This document shows, piece after piece, positions 25,480 through 37,200 of a stretch of 64,000 nucleotides of DNA. The stretch comes from Phoronis australis (taxonomy: Eukaryota; Animalia; Phoronida). Position numbers and translations under genes: made by a program. Numbering within the stretch: the stretch's first letter is position 1; every line of letters starts with the position of its first letter. Where the stretch lies: assembly GCA_002633005.1 (NCBI GenBank), contig NMRA01000005.1:307173-371172 (forward strand), given 5' to 3'. The notes under the pieces are model-generated. The model was given only the letters and a program-made list of their open reading frames with translations. It was not told the DNA's origin and did no database searches.

Positions 25480-28400
25480 TCAAGAAACAGAGCAATGTTT
25501 GCTTTTATTTTTCTTTTTTTTGGCAGGTTCAAGTGGTCCAGTGGTCACCCTAGAGGGTGACGGTGTCAAGTCAAAGTCATCACTCACGTAAGATATCTTC
25601 AAACCATTTGGCCTTTGATAGTAACTGTCTTCATCGGAGTCCGAGTCACTGGAGCAAGTATCACACTGGTCGTGATATAAGTCCGGACTCTTAGTGGCCG
25701 TCACACTGCCAACAACTGTCTTTGACGGAGACGGCCGTGATATTGGATTCATCTTTTCATCTTCTGAGCCGAGATCTTGATTCAATCGTTCCACAATGAC
25801 TTGTCGTCTTGTTTTTAAATGTGGGGATGCACCATAATCTAGAAGAGACGAAACTGCAGTGCCTGTTGGATTATTAGGGTCAAATCTGTTGGCAAATGGA
25901 TCCTGTGAGGGATCAAAGCGAACAGTTAAATTCTTGTCTGCACCAGCACGACTCATGTCTCCACGGAGATTACTCTTGAGGGAAGACTGGGGGGATTCCT
26001 GCCCGGTCAGTTTATCCTGCATGAAGTGTTCCAGGTTAATATCGTAGGCACTGATAGGCTGACGTCCGCGACTGTTCATAGAGATATCTTTGGCACCAGG
26101 TGGCACCTGCATCTGCCTGCTGCACTCTACAGAACAGAAGATCACACCGTGCTTAGGCAAGAACGGCTGACCCAACAGAGACTTGTTACATGTTTGGCAG
26201 GAGAAGCACTGGTCAGTGGCATGCCAGTGTTGACTGTCATGTGTCATCTGACCTTCGTCCACAGCTATGTGTTCACCGCACGTGTCACAGTACTCAGAGA
26301 ACAGTCTCTCAAAACAGTCGCAACAATATGGCCGCCCCTCGCGCATGATATATCGTTGACCGCCTAATTGCCGATCACACTCAAAACAACAGAAGTGTTT
26401 CATATGCCAACTCCTCGTCTCAGCCTCTGTGCACTCGTCGGCAAATATGATCTGAAATTATAATAACAAGGATTGAACTTGGAATATAGGTTACAGTGTA
26501 CCTCTGTGTAACTAAACAATTACAGTCATTACATGAAGATACAATTCAAACAAGATATGTCACAGTCTTCCTAATGTGTAAAGTCTGCTGCCTTACTCAG
26601 AGATCGCTCAAACTGTCTTATTTGAAGACATTTCAAGCACTTTTGTAAAAAACAACTTTGCACAACTGATCAACATACAACCACATGCGCCTTATTTTTG
26701 CAGCAGTAAAAGTTGCGGTAATTCAGACAACTTAATGTCGTGTAAACTCTGTAAACCTTACCTCATCACACGCACTACAGCGAGGCTTCAACAGCTCGGC
26801 ATGGTGCCGACCACAGTAAAGCTTGCAGTCTTTACAGAAGTAGATCAAATCGACCAGAAGTTCCTGACATGTTGCGCAGACGAAGCAGGACGGGTGCCAA
26901 CAGGTGTCATGACCAGCACGGGATGCAAACACAGCCAGGTCTCCACTGGTAACTGTTTCACCACACTACAGGAGGTAAAAATGTTAATTACTTCAAACTT
27001 AGTTGAGAACAGTAAGGACTGTTATACAAGGAGAGAAGAACACTGTTGACTTTTTACTTAAAGTTTCTTTTTCGTTCCAGTGACCACTTAGAACATAAAA
27101 TTATGAAATGAGACAAATAAACCTACCAGATGTCATTTCTTGCCATCATAGATTAATTAGTTTGAACATTCCCTAAGAAAGAAACTGAGATCGAATAGCA
27201 GAGGTTAAATTTCAAAATGGCTGGCCAGCCCCATGAGCTTTTAAAATGTTTTTTTTTTCAGTCATAAATGCTGAGGTTATTCTTCATAGCAAGAGTTCTT
27301 TTGAAGTTTTGCAAGTTCCAAATCATCCTTTTTTAGTCTGCGAGTGAGGCGGCTACTCCAGATGCCGACTTCTGATGATGCAATGAATTGAAGATGAATC
27401 AGATTGGGGTTTAAAGAGAAAAGTGAAAATAAATGCGATAATAAGCAGACGACAATCATTTTTTGATGATTTTAATGACAATGTTCAGGAATATGACAAG
27501 AAAGCATGACATTGTGCAGCTATGTTACAAGGGTTTAAAGGAAAATGATTCATTTTCAACATTTCGTGACATTAACCAGGACATTCTACTCGGTGGTGAC
27601 ATTAAGTAACCTCCATTGTAATATGTGGGAAGGAACTGAGACTTTAAGACAGCGATGAAAGCTAAAAACACAAGCACAGTGAAATCAGCCACAGTTCTGT
27701 CCTCAGGCATATTATCAACCAGTCCCTCAATACTGACACAGTGAAATAAACATGTACAGGGAAGTCTACTTTCACAATTTCCCAGAAGCCCCTCGACTTC
27801 CTCTAAACACTGAACATACAGTGCATTGCTAACCTGCTCACACACTGCACTCTGCAACTGTAGTGACCTCACTGTTCCACGACCCAGTGCCTCCCTCTTG
27901 CGTTGTACGCTGAACATTCGCAGTTCCTTTTTCTCCTCCTCGCTCAGACCGTTACAGTAGCGCACCTCGTTGTCGTGCGGAGGAAGCTGCTGCAGCAACT
28001 GCCTGATGCGGTACTTCTCTCCTGCGCTTCCCACATACGGCACTTTGTCTTCAGGGAGGACACTAAAGTACTGGTGCACCTAGATGATCAGCCAGTATTG
28101 CGATTATCCTCATTATCATTACATGTCTCCTAGGCACAACGGCGTTTACTATTAATGAAATCGGAGAGATTTGCCCTAGCATACATGATAGAAAATTTTT
28201 ATAGTAAATTCTGTTTTACTATTTCTTAAAGTGATCGAAAACAAAACAATGGTGTAAGAGTTGCCTTATGATTTAAACAGTTAAAACTGTTTTGCTGTAT
28301 AGAAAATATGAGGCAATTTCGATATCCTGCGTCATCAGAGTTCCTGAGATTCATTACTGTCAACATCCCATCACAGGAGACAAGAGGTCTTCGAGGATCT

Positions 28401-31057
28401 CGGAAATCAAAAAGGTAATAAAGAAGACCAGTTTTAACTGTTCCTAGATGACTCAAGGTCTAAGTTTTATTAAGAGCTGCCTTAGTTTTTCTATTGCAGT
28501 TAGGCCACAGCTGTTTTTCCAAGAATTTGATGCATGCCATGACAATTGTTTCTCAAAAACTGAAAAAAACAGCACCACCTACAGAAAGAATGCACAATTA
28601 CTTGAACGTGTTTGCCCCGAAATCATTGTCGATTGACGTGTGGCCAGAATCAGTCTCCGCATAATGAAATTCATGGATTATTATAATTTGTGAAAATTAA
28701 AAACCAAAACATTTTAGAATTACAGTACCTACTACTGAAATATGTGAATTTCGTTCGAAACCTCTAATTCTGTGAATAAAAAAGATTCCCCGAATAATAT
28801 CCATTTCTTATTGTCACAGAATCTTTATGATAATCAATGAATGGGCCTTAACCTAAAAATCATGTAGGTCACATGAATGACTGTACAGTATCTGAAATGC
28901 CCANCCCTCTTGCGTTGTACGCTGAACATTCGCAGTTCCTTTTTCTCCTCCTCGCTCAGACCGTTACAGTAGCGCACCTCGTTGTCGTGCGGAGGAAGCT
29001 GCTGCAGCAACTGCCTGATGCGGTACTTCTCTCCTGCGCTTCCCACATACGGCACTTTGTCTTCAGGGAGGACACTAAAGTACTGGTGCACCTAGATGAT
29101 CAGCCAGTATTGCGATTATCCTCATTATCATTACATGTCTCCTAGGCACAACGGCGTTTACTATTAATGAAATCGGAGAGATTTGCCCTAGCATACATGA
29201 TAGAAAATTTTTATAGTAAATTCTGTTTTACTATTTCTTAAAGTGATCAAAAACAAAACAATGGTGTAAGAGCTGCCTTATGATTTAAACAGTTAAAACT
29301 GTTTTGCTGTATAGAAAATATGAGGCAATTTCGATATCCCGCGTCATCAGAGTTCCTGAGATTCATTACTGTCAACATCCCATCACAAGAGACAAGAGGT
29401 CTTCGAGGATCTAGGAAATCAAAAAGGTAATAAAGAAGACCAGTTTTAACTGTTCCTAGATGACTCAAGGTCTAAGTTTTATTAAGAGCTGCCTTAGTTT
29501 TTCTATTGCAGTTAGGCCACAGCTGCTTTTCCAAGAATTTGATGCATGCCATGACGATTGTTTCTCAAAAACTGAAAAAAAAAACAGCACCACCTACAGA
29601 AAGAATGCACAAATACTTGAACGTGTTTGCCCCAAAATCATTGTCGATTGATGTGTGGCCAGAATCAGTCTACGCGTAATGAAATTCATGGATTATTATA
29701 ATTTGTGAAAATTAAAAACCAAAACATTTTAGAATTACAGTATCTACTACTGAAATATGTGAATTTCGTTCGAAACCTCTAATTCTGTGAATAAAAAAGA
29801 TTCCTCGAATTATATCCATTTCTTATTGTCACAGAATCTTTACGATAATCAGTGAATGGGCCTTAACCTAAAAATCATGTAGGTCACATGAATGACTGTC
29901 CAGTATCTGAAATGCCCATGATTCTTTAACAGGGGGAATTGTTAAGAGAAATAATACATTTGGCGCACTTAATAAACTTGTGTGGATCATGAAAATGTCT
30001 TAATAGTACTATCTTACTTTCAATGTGACAATGTGTGGCATTGTGCGGTATTGTGTGACAATGTGTGACATTGTGTGACAATGTGTGACAATGTGTGGCA
30101 TTGTGGACAATGTGTGACATTGTGTGACAATGTGTGACATTGTGTGACAATGTGTGGCATTGTGTGACAATGAGTGGCATTGTGCGGTATTGTGTGACAT
30201 AGTGTGACATTGTGCGTCATTGGGTGGTATTGTGTGACATTTTGCAGTATCAAATAGCAATACCTTTTACTGAACAAACACTGCCAAATGAAATCAAGAC
30301 CTAGATGGAGATTACAACAAAATTAGCCCACCTGCTGAGGTGTGAGTCCCGGTGGTACCCACGTGTAGTCTTCTAGTGCGCAGCCACTGTCATCATCAGA
30401 AGCAGAGTTCCTGTTCTGGTCGTGAATGAGCTGGTGAACAGTTCTCTCTTGGTCAGACCCCCCGATGTCATGTGCCTCTTGGGGGCACTTACAGTGACGA
30501 CAAATTTTTCTGTCAAGAACGCACACAATCTTGAGACAACTCAATGATATAATTCCGTTTTTACCACAGTATCAAGAAAAACAAACAACACATAACTGTA
30601 TGGCATTAAGTGCTCTCAGTAGGCATTCACCAAATGTTGAAAAATCAAACGTTTCATTTTAACATATAGCATCATCAGAGGAAAATACGACTTCGTGAAT
30701 TTCACAAATGTTACAGCAAATACGAATTCACAAAATCCAAATATCTCTTGCCCACATCTTAGTAGAGTTCAGTAGTTGTCTCGTGGCTAGAAAAATCTTG
30801 CCAAAATGATGTGCTCTCATTCAAAATACATGACAACATCTCGCGTAATCTCGAGAAGTCCGTACCCTTGTGACCCCCACGAATCTGCCTATGCGTTAGA
30901 TAAAGTGAAAGTAACAGCTACGGTGACACGTGCCAACACCCCTCAGTAAGTAAGTGCTGCCCTCTTACCTCCAGTAGTGAGGTACAAATCCTGGACAGTC
31001 CTCGCCACACTTGAGACATGGCATCCCACGACTGGCAGTTCCAACTTTCTCCATCAT
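25480..31057 (-). CDS. PRICKLE: Prickle planar cell polarity protein (N-terminal Cys-rich domain, PET, 3 LIM domains, C-terminal CAAX), about 562 aa
   Basis: Coding exons 31057-30969, 30509-30332, 28079-27834, 26965-26762, 26451-25480, all GT-AG and phase-consistent. Motifs: [105 protein letters not shown], and basic tail [13 protein letters not shown]. Confidence 0.96.
30020..30240. repeat. 10-bp minisatellite (CA[A/T]TGTGTG[A/G])n in a prickle intron
   Basis: Directly visible; it generates the spurious His/Cys-rich ORFs at 29926-30277. Confidence 0.95.
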
Positions 31058-31732
31058 TCATCCCCCAAACTGTAACAATACAGTAGTAGATGTAATAAAC
31101 AACATGCAGAAAAACATAAACAACCAAGTAATGCATGAAATGTAAATGGTTTCTGTTACACACTCAAGCATGCAGCCCCCCCACACACGAATGTGTGTAA
31201 CATATATATACGCCGACTTTTCCTACTTCAGGTTCCACTTTCAGTTCATTTTGGCCTTACCCCATCTCTAGACAACCTGAATTGCAATCCAAACCACCTA
31301 CTGATGTTAATTCAAGGCTTTGGAGAAAATATGCACTTATCACATCAACAATACTATGTTCATCAACTGAGACTTTATTCTTCACACGAATACAAGGGGG
31401 GAAATTGGAGAACTTTAAATACAACTTCACTTGGTCAGGTTTTTAAGAACTTCACTGCAAAGCCATATATTTCTATAGCTTTGCACCAAGGCTAGAATGG
31501 CAGGAGTCAACTGAATATCAGAAGAGTCAAAAAAGTTAAATATGGTTGGACGTCCTCGAAGACGATGTTGATGTAAATTTCGTTGAGAGAACTGAACATA
31601 CAGTAGAGGCAAATTAAATTAAATTAACAAATGTTCACCCAAACGATTCAGTAACTGTGTATTGACATTCAGATATACACACAGCTTGAGTTAGCAGGTA
31701 AGCTTGTTGGCAATTGGCTACGTAGTCTTGTT

Positions 31733-33845
31733 GCAAAGCTGTATACTAAATATACAGCTTTGCACTAATGTGGGTAAAAAATGGACAATAAATTTCTCTC
31801 AAAATTAGTGTCATGAAAAACTACACTTCACCTTGAGTAATTATTTACTGGTGTTAGAAAAGTTGGCTTGCTGCTAAAGTGGTGGAGTGATCCTGTGTGT
31901 AGGCTTTTGGTGCCATGAAATATAGCGTAACCCATTGGCCAGTTTCTTTTTTCGTCGATTCTTCTATCAACTGTTCTTCTTCCACAAAATTGTGTACATA
32001 TCACAAATTATTGGAACTGGTTTTGACACTTATTCATGAAGTTTTACTATTTCTAAACCAGTAAACTGAATTGCAAAAAAATAGATAATACCACCTGCGT
32101 GTGTCATGCACGTACTGATTTCAAAACAACACTAAACTTTTGTTATAGAAGGCAGAAAAGTATGTTTTTCATTTAAGCGGCTGCAATGCCAATGGCCAAG
32201 GTGAGTGTCGGCTGACTCCCAGATTTTGTATGATCCCTGCCGATCGTTTGCTCATAGGCACCTTTAAGTAGCCCTCTACAATATAATATAATAAAGAGAA
32301 AGGTACACGTTACTCTATGAGCACGCTGATTGGGTACAGCAAAAATACGTCAAACTTTCAAGGGGCCTTCCAAAGGTCATAAAGGTTGTATCAAAAAGAG
32401 TCGACTTACAGGGCCACAGACAACCCTGCTTTTTGACATGCTCATGCGAGGTAGGACGACATATTAGTAAATTACTGTCAAGAGCCTCTTCGCTTATTAT
32501 AAATAATGTTGCTGTTTTTAGTTGATGTAAGCGCTCTGAAGATGTCGCGAGGGGCCTTATGAGCACGCGCATTAGACGAAACTGATACGAAGCCTTCGTG
32601 CTTTCCACTTTGTCGTGAATGTTGATGATTGAACTAGGAAGATCTGGAGGTATTTATGATATTTATTGGTTTCGATGTCAACAAATGGAAGCAATGAACG
32701 TGTTGCTGTCGCAGATAAAATGTTTGAGTTAAATTACTCTCACATTTGACGTGCGTGGGGTTATTCCGGAAGTGCCTGGCAGACGGCCATATTGAATATC
32801 AGTTGTGTACCTTTCTCTTTATTATATTATATTATATTGTAGAGGGCTACTTAAAGGTGCCTGTGGTTTGCTTTACATGTTGCAATTTCACAAGGTGACA
32901 AGCAGGACTACCCGGGCGGTTTGAAATTTCAAGGCCTACTGGAGCTTGAAATACATTCAATTTGGTTCCTAGTTGTATTTTTACTTTAGTCTGTATGCGG
33001 GTAGCTAGCTGGCAATTTAGCGACGTACTACGTAGCCGTAACCTCGTAGTCGTAGACGTAGGTTTACTGTGTAACAACTAACATTACTACCACTCCAAAA
33101 GGTAGCCTTGGTACAAAGCTGTATATAAATATACAGTTTTGCACCGATGTGGGTAAAAAAGTGGTAAGATAAAATCTGACACAAAATTAGTGTCATTAAA
33201 AACTACAGTCTTCCTTGAGTAAACAAAATTATTTAACAGTGTTGGAAAAAATGGCGTTCTACCGTTATTCTGCTACTAAAGTTGTGGAGCGATCTTTAGC
33301 GACGGCTTTCGGCGCCATGAAATATTGCGTCACCTATTGGCCAGTTTCTTTTTTCGCCGATTCTTCAATCAACTGCTGTTCTTTCACGAGCTTCCGTACA
33401 CGTCACAACAAATTATTGGAATTGGTTTCATTTCATTATAATTTTTTAGAATTCCGATACCGAAAAACCGAATTTCAGAACAAATTTAGGTTTTCCAAAG
33501 TTGTCGCGAAAATTTAGGCGTGCGCGTGACACGAGCGTATTGTTTTCGAAATGACGACATACTTTTCATTGTCAGAAAAGGCGGTGAGTTACGCAAGAAA
33601 ATGACGTTTATTGCATTGTTTTTCACTTAAACGGCTGTAACGGGCAAGGTGAGTATCGGTTGATTCCCAGATTTTGCATGCACCCCGTCCGGTCTTTAGC
33701 TTTACATTTCGATACAAGTTTCACGGCGCGGTGACGAGCTGAACTACCCTGGCTGCGAGCAATTTCGGGGTCTACAGAAGAAATACACACAGTGGTACCT
33801 AGCTGTATTTTGACGACAGTCTTCATACAGCTAGCTGGCTGGCTA
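31733..33845. repeat. Diverged tandem segment duplication (31733-33010 including the TIR insertion; 33113-33845); partial third copy 35415-35625
   Basis: Both copies start with the palindrome caaagctgtata..aatatacag.tttg. They share ggcaaggtgagt.tc..tga.tcccagatttt and later blocks, which also recur at 35415. Confidence 0.75.
32253..32865. mobile_element. Non-autonomous TIR element with TIRs of about 55 bp and a 7-bp TSD (P-element/Galileo-type)
   Basis: cataggcacctttaagtagccctctacaatataat..aaagagaaaggtacac ... gtgtacctttctcttt..tattgtagagggctacttaaaggtgcctgtg, flanked on both sides by gtttgct. Confidence 0.8.
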
Positions 33846-33959
33846 TCCCAGAAGGCTACTCTAGATTGCCTACTTCCTGACAACCGCACCACCCAAAGTT
33901 ACAGACATCAGTTACAGTGATCATTCACAACAACACGGGATAATACAACAGTGTATACT

Positions 33960-34236
33960 TACGAGAAAGAGAAACACGATCGCAAAATTAAGAAATCTTT
34001 TGTCTGTCATTTGTGGAGTGTCATAAATTGTAACCGGAAGTCATATACGAAAGGCGTCATCTGTTGTCGATTAATTTTCATTTTATACATAAACTAGATT
34101 ATACAACATAATTTAGTGCTTGATCATTACAAAAGCTGAAAATTTTCCGTTTAAAAGTTTCTTTTCCACAATAAAATTAAAAAACTTTTCAAATGTTGTA
34201 CAAAAATAATAACAGATGGCGCTGTTGAAAAGACAA
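33960..34236. promoter_or_regulatory. Probable bidirectional promoter of prickle and HAUS7
   Basis: Minus-strand donor (cttac 33958-33962) fits a non-coding first exon of prickle. An ETS site ccggaagt lies at about 34034. HAUS7 ATGs lie 180-200 bp away, in a YY1-like aaatggcgg context. Confidence 0.5.
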
Positions 34237-37200
34237 ATGGCGGCTAGTCCAAAATCGAAGTTTATTGACAAGAGAATAGCCAAGTCTTTAATTACTAGAC
34301 TGCAGGTAGTTTCAAAGCAATGTAGTGTTGAATTGGTTAGGTACATTAATTACACTATCCTCGGTCATCCTACTACTACTTCTTCTCAAAGCACCAAGTT
34401 CAGTCGGAGGCTGTAGCCTCGAGGCTTTTCTAGTTTTCTACAAGAATCTACATTGTCTGGGACAGTCTGGGTTAGGTTAGCCTTGTTGGTGCCACAGGCG
34501 CTTGGGGTTATCGCAAATGACGTCACAATATATATATAAGAAAACATAAAGGTTGGACACTTAAACTTTGCAAAGCCGAGGCTCCCAACTTCAAGCGTCC
34601 AAAATCCAAATAAAATCTGCGTGCACCTCCCTCAGTCTGGTGTTGCATAAACCTTCGAAGCCTTATCTTTCCTAGATCCCATTAACTGTCTTCGTGAGTG
34701 GTGAATTGGCGATGGAATTTCCAAAACATCTCAAAACTCTGAACTCAAGGACCTGAAATAGTAAACATTGCGGATTTCTGTTGTGCTTCAACTTGTACGC
34801 CTGACGTACACTGTAGGTGAAACTTCAAGTTTGAGCAAGCAACCTATATTTCAAATTCAATAACTCTAATCCAAAACTCAACTAATTGAGAATTTTAAAG
34901 TTAGTGTTTTAATGATTATTTGTAACTTTATTCCACTGACGGCTCATTTTAGCCCTTAACTTAGAATTTTATTGCATAAACTGGCGTATCTTGTTTCTCA
35001 TCTTGACATCACGCACTTTTTTGATTGAAGCACAACACACACTCGGCCAGAAAACGCNTCGGCGAATCCGTGAATTTACAAAAGTGGCCGAAAGTGTTAG
35101 CCAATGAAACGCGTCAAAGATCGATTCTGCATATCCCATGTTCACGCGACTTGCTTACAAGTCATCGGGATCGAGGCATGTTCTCGGTTAGGGTTCTTTT
35201 GAACTTGTATTTGGCAACAACCAAATAACGGTCGGATTAACAAGAGCTGCTGTGTATTTGCCAGGTATCTGTTTAGAAGTGTAAAAACTCAGCTCGCATT
35301 CGTTGGAAATTCCAGGTCGCATTTTGCGACTTTATACGAGCTGACAAAAATCTCAGCTCGCATTTCCAAATTTCAGGTCGCAAATGCGACCTGCAGCTCG
35401 TTATGTCGAGCCCTGGGCAAGGTGAGTGTCAATTGACTCCCAGATTTTCCATGCCCCCTGCTGGTCTTTAGCTCTACATGTTGATAGAGCCTACAAGTTT
35501 CACAGCTTGGTGAAGAGCAGAACTACCTGAGATACATGCAGTTTCGAGGTTTGTTGGCGCTGAACACACAGTGTTACGTTCTAGTAGCTGTATTTTGACA
35601 ATACTCTTCATACAGCTGGCTGGCTACCATGGTTGGGCTTGGACTTGTATCGACAGCGACAGTGAACGTCTTTAGTTGAACTACAGACGGTAAAGCTCCT
35701 ATAAGTGCTTCATACACTGGAAGTTTTTGGGTGAACTACATGTATGCCTGACACTGATTAAACCTTCAAAGTCACGTTGCTTTTGTGCATGGAGTGACAC
35801 TTTAGTAGGTTATGGTATACCCTGCTCACTAGTTTGTGAGATCACCACGAGAAGTCTCTGGTAGCGGAGCTTCCGAGGGGATCACGTGTTTTTAGTTAAG
35901 TAGAAATATACTCTTTTCTTAGTTATTATTAGTAATACACTACAGAGGTGGCCGATGTCTTTAATTCCTTCCAACTCGAACAAATACTCCTGCAATCAAA
36001 TTTGATTTGAGCAGCCCTTCATTCAGTTGCCCAAATCAACATCTGGCCATTTTTACATTGCTCGTGCCAGGCGATATGACAACACTGAATCTTGAACCGG
36101 GGTTACCCGTATAATTGCCATGAGAGCCAAGCGTACAAACTGTTCAGCCAAGAGGCAATTGCCACTTGGCAAGCGATTTAGAGATGCTTCATATGGCTGT
36201 ACATCACACCCAGAAATCACCTGTCAACAGGTACAAGTATGTATTCATTTTAACATAACATGGACACAGTATTGTAAAGCTGACATTGTACATCTGTTTT
36301 TTAAAAGACATGGTTTGCCTATTTCCTAATTTGTAGCACCTTGCTTGCCCTTACACAGAAGGTGTGGATGAGTCATGGATTACAGAGCTTGTCTACAAGC
36401 CAGGTGAACAGCGTATACGTCTGCTACAGTGGCTCTTCTGCAAGTAAGATAGACATTTATTTAGTAACCGTTGGTCGACACGTACAGTAGTTTAGAAAAG
36501 TGATAAGAATCTTTTCGTCAAAAAGTCAAAAAAATTTATGTCTGCTCCAATCATTATCTGATACTTTTCTTTTTATTTCCTAGACAGAATAGATAGTTGT
36601 AAGTTCTGAGGAAGACAAGTTTAGTATTATAATTCGAACTGTTTTGCATTAAAATGAGGTTTTATTTTGTGTTCATGACTACTTTAAAACATTCTCAAAA
36701 ACTTTTGCCTGTGTAGACAAAACTGACACTTACATTTTTGGACAGAATTGACTCCCAGCTACAAGATGTGATTGAACCTTACCATTCAGCTGCGAGCCTG
36801 CATATCGACTCCAGGATACAAAGTAAGTATGTCTAATCAGACTGGATGTTATTTCTTTAACAATTCCTAGTGTTTGCATGCTCTCTGTAAGTTCTTACCT
36901 TCGAGTGGATCATACTATCACAAACTGTTTTTGGTAGCAGCGAATGAGAAATGTCCATAGTCATCAATGGAGGGAAATCGAGGAATGTTTGTGCCTCTAG
37001 ATTGCAGCTACATATATGGTGAGCCCCAGTCCTTTACCAGCAGACACTAAACATGTGGTACAAGTCCCTAGAGTGGCACTTGTAAATGCCGCACGCACCA
37101 TGCTCGATGACCCAGCTCCAAATGTAGGGATTTGTGTTGTCTGTTTAATGGGTGGTTGTTCCACTTGTTGATTTGTGCTTTAATCTTGTGTGCTGATAGT

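Noticed and set aside
27893-29918. Apparent tandem duplication of the prickle PET exon (27893-28903 vs 28905-29918)
   Set aside because: Near-identical copies abut at a single N and the second exon copy is cut at that N. This is typical of unmerged overlapping haplotype contigs, not real exon duplication.
29926-30277. His/Cys-rich ORFs suggesting a metal-binding protein
   Set aside because: Translation artefacts of a 10-bp intronic minisatellite.
36120-36230. Alternative first coding exon for HAUS7
   Set aside because: Weak donor and no family resemblance; exon 34237-34305 gives the expected ..RLQ-HLACP join.
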